Source: Myxococcota bacterium (GTDB lineage Bacteria > Myxococcota > XYA12-FULL-58-9 > JABJBS01). Taken from it: DNA of 64,000 nucleotides. Numbering within the stretch: the stretch's first letter is position 1; every line of letters starts with the position of its first letter. The DNA lies in the NCBI GenBank assembly GCA_036339465.1, contig JAYZAY010000062.1:64001-128000 (forward strand), written 5' to 3'. The position numbers and the translations under genes were made by a program. This document shows, one piece after another, positions 10,739-19,511 of the stretch. The notes under the pieces are model-generated. The model was not told the DNA's origin and ran no database searches. It was given only the letters and a program-made list of their open reading frames with translations.

Positions 10739-12013
10739 TTAGGATGCTTCGATGCAACGGCGGTCGCACATTCGTCGCATTTTGGACAAGCCCTGCACCT
10801 GAATTTGTCGCACACGTTCTCTAGATAATTTGTAGCGATGCCCGATTTCATCCAGGGTTTCATCTTGCTCGGTGCCCAGGCCAAACCGGGAACGAATGAT
10901 GTCCCGCTCAATTGGGCTCAGGAGTTGCAAGAGTTCACAGACTTTCTGCACTGTATTTTCTCGAATGATGGCCTCGTCGATGGCGGGCCTCGAATCATCT
11001 CGAACTAGGTCTAGTTGTGGGCGTTGTTCACGGTCGCCCATGGCTTCATTCAGGCTAATGACATCGATGCTTCGCCCAGCCATGAGTTCGGTGACCTTTT
11101 CAGGGCTTTGTTCACTCACCGTTGCTATTTCTTCTACGGTGGCAGGTCGAGAGAGGGAGCTGTCCAGGGACCGGGCTATCTTTTCGATATTTCGCCGGGC
11201 GTCGATGACGTGAACGGGGAGCCGGATGTGGGCTCCTTTGTTGATGATGGCGCGTTCGATCGCCTGGCGAATCCACCAGTGAGCATAGGTTGAAAATCTG
11301 AATCCTCGATGGTGGTCATATCGGTGAACGGCTTTTATTAGCCCCACGTTGCCTTCTTGGATGAGGTCAATTACGGGCAGTTTCGTCTTGGTGTATTTCT
11401 TGGCCACACTAACGACCAATCGAAGGTTTGCTCGCACGAAGTTGTTTCGGATCCGCAGAACCTTGCCACGGATTCGTTCGACGCGAACCAATTGTTCTGA
11501 GGCGAATCCGGTGAGGCGAGCCAACTCGTCGGGACAATTCCAGACCCGTTTACGCAGCCTCCTAAGTAGATCGTCCATGATTTTTTTATCGGGATCTGCG
11601 GTTCGGAGGGTGGATGCGAGGTTGTCCAACTTTTCATGGAGCTCTCGGCTGAGTTTCCCGACGTCTACTTGGCCCAATTGCGCTGGGTGGTCGACTGATA
11701 TTCGGGTGACGGCCTCTTGCCAGCTGTTTAGATCTTCAAAAAATGGTTCAGCGCCTGCTACCTGGGGTAGAACCTCAAAGGAGGCCTGGAATGAGAGCAG
11801 CTCTTTCCATAAACCAATTTCGGCAACTTCGAGTTGCCGAGCGATCTCTATTTCCTCTTCGGCGGACAAGAGCGGAATATGTCTTAAGGCCATGAGGTAT
11901 CGGGAAAAGGAATCTGCGTTTTTTAGAGAATCTGGGGAGGGGCTTTGTTCGGGACGAGAGGTGTTTTTTGGGAAACTATCCGTTATTCTTTCTTTCGTGA
12001 GTGGCTCAACCAT
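10739..12013 (-). CDS. Alternative sigma-70 factor (group 2/RpoD-like, no region 1.1)
   Basis: DSFSRYL...[55 protein letters not shown]...LSRERVRQIQ. Confidence 0.9.
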   Translation of the reverse strand: MVEPLTKERITDSFPKNTSRPEQSPSPDSLKNADSFSRYLMALRHIPLLSAEEEIEIARQLEVAEIGLWKELLSFQASFEVLPQVAGAEPFFEDLNSWQEAVTRISVDHPAQLGQVDVGKLSRELHEKLDNLASTLRTADPDKKIMDDLLRRLRKRVWNCPDELARLTGFASEQLVRVERIRGKVLRIRNNFVRANLRLVVSVAKKYTKTKLPVIDLIQEGNVGLIKAVHRYDHHRGFRFSTYAHWWIRQAIERAIINKGAHIRLPVHVIDARRNIEKIARSLDSSLSRPATVEEIATVSEQSPEKVTELMAGRSIDVISLNEAMGDREQRPQLDLVRDDSRPAIDEAIIRENTVQKVCELLQLLSPIERDIIRSRFGLGTEQDETLDEIGHRYKLSRERVRQIQVQGLSKMRRMCDRRCIEAS

Positions 12014-12140
12014 TATCCCCCCCTTGTCTTGAACCACTCTACAGTCATCCGGAAAAAAGGATGAAATTAGAACTGATCCTATGCTTAAAGAACGCCGCCG
12101 CGGATGGCCGCATTCAATCCCGATTTCTATTCGTGATGAG

Positions 12141-12170
12141 ATGATGTAGCTTCGGCGCCCATCATGTCAA
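12141..12170 (-). promoter_or_regulatory. Putative sigma-70 promoter for the alternative sigma gene
   Basis: Minus strand TTGACA (12170-12165), 18-nt spacer, CATCAT (12146-12141). Confidence 0.35.
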
Positions 12171-12214
12171 CCATAGATCGAATATCGTCGGGAAATTGCC
12201 AGAGATTTAGGGTC

Positions 12215-12610
12215 TTATCGGCCGTGGACGAGCACTTTGTCACCAGCTTGGAAGGTTACTTCGATCTTATTTCCACTAATTTCCTTCGTTACCACGCCAA
12301 GACCGAATACTTTATGGGAAAGGACATCATCTGTTATAAAGTATTCGGATGCTTTGTAAGGACGTGCCCGAGAAATATCCCGGTTCGTGAGCAGCACGTC
12401 AAAGTTTTTGCTCAATGAGGAGGTCTTTGGTTTTCGGGTTGTTTTTGTGGTTTTCTTTGGGACGCGTTTTGCTCGGAATTTGTGTATAGAATTACAGGTT
12501 TTACACTGGACTTGCAGCGGTTTAACGCCGTCGGTGGCCATGATCACGTGGGCGAGCTCCATACCACATTTGCTACAGTTCGTATCAATATCTTGTCCTG
12601 CTTTATACAT
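12215..12610 (-). CDS. Zinc-ribbon + Tudor-like (UvrD/PcrA C-terminal-like) small protein
   Basis: CSKC...CKTC, Lys/Thr-rich linker, then DVLSHKVFGLGVV...KIEVTF...KVL. Confidence 0.7.
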   Translation of the reverse strand: MYKAGQDIDTNCSKCGMELAHVIMATDGVKPLQVQCKTCNSIHKFRAKRVPKKTTKTTRKPKTSSLSKNFDVLLTNRDISRARPYKASEYFITDDVLSHKVFGLGVVTKEISGNKIEVTFQAGDKVLVHGR

Positions 12611-12646
12611 ATCCGGCTCGCATAGTTTGAAATTGCATCAAAAAGG

Positions 12647-12674
12647 ATGGTAACTTGCCACCTGGCAAGGTCAA
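12647..12674 (-). promoter_or_regulatory. Putative sigma-70 promoter with palindromic operator in its spacer
   Basis: Minus strand TTGACC-N16-TACCAT; perfect inverted repeat CTTGCCA-cc-TGGCAAG at 12654-12669. Confidence 0.45.
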
Positions 12675-12717
12675 GAATGAGCGCATATAGCGTAATGAGC
12701 AAGCAAGCAAGGGTTGG

Positions 12718-13695
12718 GTGATGGCTGTTTATACGCCCCTATCTGATTCTGAGCTTCGACAGTATCTCCAGATATTCGATGCAGGAGAGTTGTTGGAAGC
12801 GCAGGGGGTAGGAGCTGGTACGATCAACACGATTTACGATGTTCGTTCGACCCAGGGTAGATTTATCGTAAGAATTCTCGAGGGGCGAACTCGAGCTGAT
12901 GCGAAATTTGAGGAATCGCTTCTTGGACACCTACGCAGCAAGGAGCTAAGGGTCCCTACCATGCTGACGGCTTGCCAGAGCGGTAAGATCCTGTCTCTTG
13001 GGCCCAGGCAGCAATTATCGATATTCGATTACATGAATGGTCGGGAGCTTGCAGTTTTTGAGATTTCAGAAGCGCACGTTCAACAAGTTGGGGAATTTAT
13101 CGCGGATATGCACCTTGCTTGTCGAGATTTGCAGCGCCGTCGCCGTAACCGATTTGGGCTAGAGCGTCTCCGAGAATTAATTGCGACTTGTTTGGATACG
13201 CCTGTTGGTCAGATGAATCGCGAGAATTTGGAGGTCATGCTGGAGCAGCTCGAAATGGCAACATTTCCAAGAAGTTTGCCGAAGGGAATTATTCACGGTG
13301 ACCTCTTTGTGGACAATGTGCGTTTTTCCCACGGGAAGTTAGAAGGGGTTATTGACTTTGAGATGGCCTCTTCTGGGCCACTTATTTATGATTTGGCAGT
13401 GGCGATATGTGATTGGTGCTTTATGAAGGACTCTTTCAATTCCACTTTGGCGCGGGAGTTGGTGCGGGGCTACATTCATAGGCGGGGTCTCTCAAATCCA
13501 GAAAGGCGAGCGCTCTATGGAGTTTGTTGTTTCGTCGCCATACGGTTTGCTATTACACGTTTTTACGATTTCGAAGTGAATGTCGATGTGGCGGCAACCC
13601 GTAATTACAAGGATTACCGGCACTTTATGCGTCGTCTTTATGCTTTGAAAGATTTCGGCCGGGAGGCCTTTGATGCTCTGGTTTTGGTGGGCTAG
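12718..13695 (+). CDS. thrB: Homoserine kinase type II (APH fold)
   Basis: MAVYTPLS, IIHGDLFVDNV, GVIDF, DLAVAICDWC, RFAITRFYD. Confidence 0.85.
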   Translation: MMAVYTPLSDSELRQYLQIFDAGELLEAQGVGAGTINTIYDVRSTQGRFIVRILEGRTRADAKFEESLLGHLRSKELRVPTMLTACQSGKILSLGPRQQLSIFDYMNGRELAVFEISEAHVQQVGEFIADMHLACRDLQRRRRNRFGLERLRELIATCLDTPVGQMNRENLEVMLEQLEMATFPRSLPKGIIHGDLFVDNVRFSHGKLEGVIDFEMASSGPLIYDLAVAICDWCFMKDSFNSTLARELVRGYIHRRGLSNPERRALYGVCCFVAIRFAITRFYDFEVNVDVAATRNYKDYRHFMRRLYALKDFGREAFDALVLVG

Positions 13696-13699
13696 GTTT

Positions 13700-14167
13700 T
13701 TACAACCCACTGATGATGCGCCATTTGCCCGATTCGTTGGCGAGATGGATTCGACTAAATTCCTTATTGCTATTCCAGCTTGACCCAGAAGGTAGGACGA
13801 CGTGGGCCCTAGATTTGTAGCGGATGTCTGCATGGGCGAGTTGACCTTCGATTTGGATTTCTAAAACCCTAAAGTCCAAGCTCATCTCTTGAGTGGCCTC
13901 CATGGTTTTAGGCAGGATATCTGATTTGAATTCCTGATAGCCGTAGTCATCCGAATCATCAGGTGTTCCCATGGTTTCGAAGTATTGGGTAGATACCACG
14001 GATAAGAGCGCATCGGCGTCCCTTTTAATCATGGCGGTTCGCGCATCCGCCAACACGTTCAGAATGGCTCGGTTTTCCTCGTTATCGGGAACTTCGGTGC
14101 CGGGAATCGTGACATGAGCGCATGCTATGGAGAAAATTAGCGCGACAGGACTTAGGTATTTTAACAT
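13700..14167 (-). CDS. NTF2-like fold lipoprotein
   Basis: Lipobox SIAC, IPGTEVPDNEENRAIL, C-terminal GKWRIISGL. Confidence 0.65.
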   Translation of the reverse strand: MLKYLSPVALIFSIACAHVTIPGTEVPDNEENRAILNVLADARTAMIKRDADALLSVVSTQYFETMGTPDDSDDYGYQEFKSDILPKTMEATQEMSLDFRVLEIQIEGQLAHADIRYKSRAHVVLPSGSSWNSNKEFSRIHLANESGKWRIISGL

Positions 14168-14492
14168 GAATGCTCCTTAAAATATGACCCGCATCGTGTA
14201 CCTTAAACCCTCCGAACAAACAATTTATTCCAGCGAATCTCCCCACAGTCGGTGTCTTTAGGTCGTACTTGGAGTGTGGCGGCGGCAATTTAGCCGGTTT
14301 TGAAGCGGGTAGGGCGGGGAGTAGATGGCCACCCTTAACGGGGGAGCCTTCGGCTTTGATTTTGAGCGTCGACGGGTGTCTGGCATTGGCGGAAGGTTCA
14401 ATGAATTTTAATGGCGAGGAAAAGGGTTTGTCTGATGGCTAGGGCGTCGGTAAGTTCTAAACCCGTGAAGTGCATCTTCATTTGGGTTGAGG

Positions 14493-14555
14493 AGGCGAGC
14501 ATCCTTCAGGCGAGCATCCTTCAGGCAGCATCCTTCAGGCAGCATCCTTCAGGCA
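14493..14555. repeat. Intergenic tandem repeat AGGC(G)AGCATCCTTC, four units plus a partial
   Basis: Units 14493-14507 and 14508-14522 (15 bp), 14523-14536 and 14537-14550 (14 bp), partial AGGCA 14551-14555. Confidence 0.92.
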
Positions 14556-14733
14556 ATTTCGCTCGTTTCAATATTCAAAATAGGTGACTGTCTTTGTTCT
14601 TTGCTTTTGGTGGGGCCAATCCCACCGGTGTTCTTTGTTGTCAGAGTTGCAAGGCTCGGCACCATTGATCCATGCTTACTGAATCAGCTCCTAGAGTTGA
14701 CAGGTGGCCTCTGCCGCAGCATAGTGTGCCGCC

Positions 14734-15786
14734 ATGAAGAAGATTTCGGTGATAGCTGGTGACGGTATTGGAATTGACGTTACGCATGAAGCGATGAAAG
14801 TGATTGATGTGGTTAAGCAGAGGTTTGATTTACCCATCGAACTTGAGCACTTGGACTACGGCGCGGATCGATATCTGCGAGATGGCGTCACGTTACCCAA
14901 AGGGGAGATCGAGCGATTTCGTCATGAGGTCGACGCAGTTTATCTCGGTGCCTTAGGGGATCCGCGTATTCCTGATATGCGGCATGGTCGAGAGATTCTA
15001 TTGGCAATGCGCTTTGAATTGGACCTTTATATCAATTTACGGCCAGTTCGTTGCATTCATGATTCTCTCTGTCCTCTCAAAGCGAAGACTGCCAAGGATG
15101 TCGATTTTACGGTTTTCAGAGAAAATACTGAGGGGCTTTATGTCGGGGTCGGCGGGAACTTTAAGAAAGGCACGCCGGACGAAATTGCTATCAACGAAGA
15201 TATTAACACTCGAAAGGGTGTTGAGCGCATTATTCGGGCAGCTTTTGAGCATGCGGTGAAATACAACAAAACGCGGGTGACCATGGCGGATAAGAGCAAT
15301 GCGGTGCAATTTGCGCACGGTCTTTGGTTGCGCACCTTTGAAGAGGTTTCGGCGGAGTATGCAGATATTGAAGCGCAGCACCTCTATGTGGATGCTTTGG
15401 CCATGCAGATGTTGAAGCGGCCGGAACAATTTCAAGTGATCGTAACCAATAATATGTTTGGGGATATCGTGACGGATATCGGTGCCCAATTGCAGGGTGG
15501 GTTGGGCATGGCCGGTAGCGGGAATATCAACCCCGGCGGTGTTTCTCTCTTTGAACCGGTCCATGGATCGGCACCGAAATATGCGGGTAAGAATGTGGCA
15601 AATCCCATTGCAGCGATCTTAACTTTGGAGATGATGCTGGAGTATCTCGGATTCAATGATGCAGCGGCGGTCATTGGGCAAGCGGTGAGAAAAGTTGTAG
15701 AGGAAGGCACCCTCCCCACGGAATTGGGGGGCGACGTAGGAACCACGGCCCTTGGTGATCGAATTGCGGAATTGGTGGCAGGCTAA
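14734..15786 (+). CDS. leuB: 3-isopropylmalate dehydrogenase (isocitrate/isopropylmalate dehydrogenase family)
   Basis: GDGIG, LRPV, RENTEGLY, DKSN, NMFGDIVTD, FEPVHGSAP, ANPIAAIL; substrate specificity not certain. Confidence 0.8.
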   Translation: MKKISVIAGDGIGIDVTHEAMKVIDVVKQRFDLPIELEHLDYGADRYLRDGVTLPKGEIERFRHEVDAVYLGALGDPRIPDMRHGREILLAMRFELDLYINLRPVRCIHDSLCPLKAKTAKDVDFTVFRENTEGLYVGVGGNFKKGTPDEIAINEDINTRKGVERIIRAAFEHAVKYNKTRVTMADKSNAVQFAHGLWLRTFEEVSAEYADIEAQHLYVDALAMQMLKRPEQFQVIVTNNMFGDIVTDIGAQLQGGLGMAGSGNINPGGVSLFEPVHGSAPKYAGKNVANPIAAILTLEMMLEYLGFNDAAAVIGQAVRKVVEEGTLPTELGGDVGTTALGDRIAELVAG

Positions 15787-16024
15787 GTATTTTTTGGCGT
15801 CCTCTTCGATATCTTTTAGCCTTGAGATCGCTCCGTTTGGTTGGCTTTGCTCGCCAAGCACATAGAGGGGCCCATGAGGTTGCTAAACATCCCGTTGTCT
15901 GGCAGTAGGGGTCGCTCGTTCAGGTAGAAAATGTTGGCGGCTTTGCCAAGTTTAGCGCCACTTCTACCCGCGATCTGTTGTGATGAATTCAAGAACCAGA
16001 CAAAAAACCAAGGTTGATAGTGCA

Positions 16025-19000
16025 ATGGGCAAAGGTTACCACCTTCCAGACTCTGTGGGGCAATTAGTATGGTCTCAAGCCGATCCCAGCTTAGGCGTCG
16101 GTGTGGTCACATGTATTAACGGTTATCGCTTTCGGGTCCAGTTTTTTCGTTTGGAAGGCGAACGTATTTACGCGCAACGTTCCAACGATGCAACGCTCAT
16201 GCGTTATCTGATTCAGCCGGGAGAAAAAGTGCGTTGTCAGGATGGCAACGCGCGATTGATTAAAGGAGTGGCGGGCGACGGTCCGAAAAAGGGAGAACCT
16301 TTAAGTTATCTATTGGATGATGATGAGGTTTATCAGGAGTCGCTTCTTTGACCCGAAATGAAAGATGTGGGTGCCAAGGAGCGTTTGGCATCGCTACAGT
16401 TGGTTCACCCAGAGGTTGTTCGTTCACGATTGAGGGGCCTTAATTTAGAGCAGGCCAGCAGCCGTCGGTCGATTTCTTCGATACTTGGAACTCGAGCCCA
16501 TTGGTTGCCCCATCAGATCGACGTGGCGGTATCTTCGGTGGGGCAAGATCCCGTGCGATTATTGCTTTCCGACGAAGTTGGATTGGGCAAGACCGTCGAA
16601 GCGGCGATGATTTATGCGGGGCTTCGGGCTGAAGGACGTGCCAATAAGGTTTTGATTTTGACACCCGATTCCTTGGCCATTCAGTGGCTGGGGGAAATTT
16701 ATCGGAAAACCCACGAGCTCATGGTGCTTTTTGACGACGAGCGGTATGAGGATATTCGCGTTGTTCATGGCGATGAGAATCCTTTTGAAGCCCATCAGCG
16801 ATTTATCGTTTCCTTGGACCGGGTAGCTGGCGATGAAATGTTGGCTAAGGACGCCGCTTCGGTTGAATGGGACTTGGTCATTATTGATGAGGCCCACCAC
16901 CTTCGGTGGGCTCCCATTGGGGATGCAAATCTCCGCTATGGTCTTTCAGAGAGTCTGGCGAAGCAAGCTCGGCATCTTCTCTTGTTGACGGCCACCCCCA
17001 TGGCTTTAGACCCTGCCGAATATCAGGCTTTATTGCGGTTGTTGAACCCTGAACGTTTTGATGATCCGACCCAATTTGAGAAAACCCATCTGCGGATTTC
17101 GCGACTCTCAGAGTTGGCTCGGAAAGTGGTGGCATGGAAATCCGATGAATGTGTGCTTACAGAAGACGACCTTCGCAACATTCGTGATGAGTTAGGTGAC
17201 TTTGAATCTGACCTGAGTTTAGTGGAGTCGCTCGCGGTTACGGTGGCGACCGATGGTGATCGAGAGGAAATTGCGAACCAAATTCTTCTGGCGTTACAAG
17301 ATAGGCACGGACTTTCCGAGTATGTGGTTAGAAATCGCCGTGGTCCGGTGGGTGGATTACCGGTTCGTAAACCCATTACGATTCCGCTGACGCCGTCACC
17401 TCTCCAAGAAATCTTGTTGGAGGTTGGTGAAAGTGTTGTTTTTGAATTGGTGTCGGAAATTGAATCGCCGCGGGACCGGTGTGATCAGATGGGTCGGATG
17501 CTCCGAGCTATGTGGGCAACCCCCGGTGCGCTATTGGAAGTCGCGCGAGCTATTAGTCCGGTTTTAGTCCAACAACTTGAACCCCATGTCAAAGATGTGG
17601 TGACTGCTCCTCCGGATGACGAGGGGCTTCCCACGGGGGATTCTAGGCTTCGTTGGTTGGTGGAGTTTATTCGGGAGCAACCCAATGAAAAGCTCTTGGT
17701 ATTTGTGGAAAGCTCCATTGCGGTTCGTAGTTTGAAAGAACACCTATCGCTTTTTGTAGGCGATAAAATTGCGGTTTTTTACCGCGACCTCTCGGCGAGA
17801 GATCAAGATCGGCAGGTGGCGTGGTTTAGAGATCCGCAGGGACCTCAGATTATGCTGTCCACTGAAGCAGGTGGTGAAGGGCGAAACTTCCAATTCTGTC
17901 ACAGACTTGTCCTTTATGATTTACCATGGCGTCCTGCGACCATTGAGCAGCGAATTGGTCGAATTGACCGGGTGGGCCAGGAACACGACGTACAGGTTTT
18001 TGTGCCTTTCTTTCGTTCTGGTTACGAAGCCGCGATTCTCAAGGTTATGGAACGGTCCATTGGGGTTTTAGAGCGGACCGTGGGTGGAATTGATCACGCA
18101 CTCGAATATGTGAGTTTGCGTTTGGGTGGGCTAATCTACGACAATGCCGGTCCCGAAGAGTGGCAGGAACTCTATGACGAAACCGAGGAATTGGTCGGTG
18201 AAGCACGGTTAAGGATTGAACGCTCGGCGGATCCTATTTTGGATTTGGCAAGTTATGATCCTAAACGCGCAGCTTCGGTTCTTGCGCGGGTGCCCGAAGA
18301 GCTAGAAACAGAAATCGAGAAATTTATTTTAGGCTATGCCTCATACTGCAAATTGAATTTGACCCCTCAGGGGCATGATCTTGTGGGCGTTGACGGTGGT
18401 CCAAGGGCGGCGACCACCGATTCTGAGGGAGATTATTACGGAACCTTTAGACGTTCTTATGCCCTTGATCACGAAGAGGTGGATTTTCTATCCTTTGGGC
18501 ATCCATTGGTTGAACAAGCGCTAGATTGGTCGAAGGAATCAGTGGAGCAGAGTGCAGGTTTAGCGCTTCGGCGTGGAGCTTCCCGTGATGGTGCGTTCTT
18601 TTTATGGGTTTTCGGCGTTGATTTTCCCGAGGGCTCTGAACGGGTGAGCCCTTACTTTAATGCTGGATATTTTACATATGCATTGGACGAGGAAGGCAAT
18701 CGTCATCGAGAATTAGAGACCATGCTGATGGAGGATGAGCGTGAGTTAGAGAAAATGGATCCTCGGCCCCTAAGGTCTAACCAAGAGCGGTGGCGTCGAT
18801 TGGTGGAGCAGAATTTCGACAAAGCTTCCAAGCTGTCTGAAACGGCCCTTGAAAAACTCCGGGCCGATGCAGGTTTTTCCATTGACGAAACTTTTGAGAA
18901 GCGAAAAAGGTGTCTTTTACGTACCCAAGCGCGTGAACTGGCCAGTGGCGATATTCCGAATGTTGAAGCGGCTCACGAAGCGCAATTGGCGGCGATGCGT

Positions 19001-19102
19001 GCGGATTGGGATGGTAATAAACTCGCCGTAACCAATGTGCGAATGAAACTTTATCTTTCCCTGGCGGTAAGAATGGTGAAAAACTCCCACGTTAGTGGCT
19101 AA
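16025..19102 (+). CDS. rapA: RNA polymerase-associated SNF2 ATPase RapA/HepA, interrupted by in-frame TGA at 16349-16351
   Basis: N-terminal part LGVGVV...ERIYA...PGEKV is in the same frame as LPHQ, LLSDEVGLGKT, DEAHHL, LLLTATP, EAGGEGRNFQF, EQRIGRIDRVGQ, FLSFGHPLV. Confidence 0.85.
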
Positions 19103-19117
19103 TCTTTGCTGGTCAAT

Positions 19118-19321
19118 CTATTTCTCGATCCATTGTTGTGGTATTCGTTTTCGGCTTGTGGGTGTTCGGAAGTTATTTTGGGTTTTTTCGCCCTTTCGAA
19201 GATTTGGGTGGGAATGAGGCCAGTTGTTGGTGGTGGGTATGTTGTGTTGAGCAATTTGATGCTCGGCGAATGCTCGAAGGTCAGTCAGGGTGTTGTCATC
19301 CAGCGATAAGGTTTTGGTCAT
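19118..19321 (-). CDS. Possible small hypothetical protein (67 aa)
   Basis: AGGAG about 10 nt before the ATG; fills an intergenic gap; no recognisable motif. Confidence 0.3.
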   Translation of the reverse strand: MTKTLSLDDNTLTDLRAFAEHQIAQHNIPTTNNWPHSHPNLRKGEKTQNNFRTPTSRKRIPQQWIEK

Positions 19322-19511
19322 TGGTTGGGTCTCCTAGCATCCGCAGGGCGCGCTACCGGTCCAAATTGGCGCAAGAGTTATGTCCCAATACGGCGATCCG
19401 GCAGCTTGGAAGTTCGAGCTATGGTAGCAACTATAAAATCTTGTGCACACCACTGCGGGCCAATGCCCATAGTCTAGATAATCTGTTCGAGGATCGGGAT
19501 CTTGGGTGTGG

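Noticed and set aside
14493..14555. Repeat as a mini-CRISPR array
   Set aside because: Units abut with no spacers, are only 14-15 bp, and no cas genes are present.
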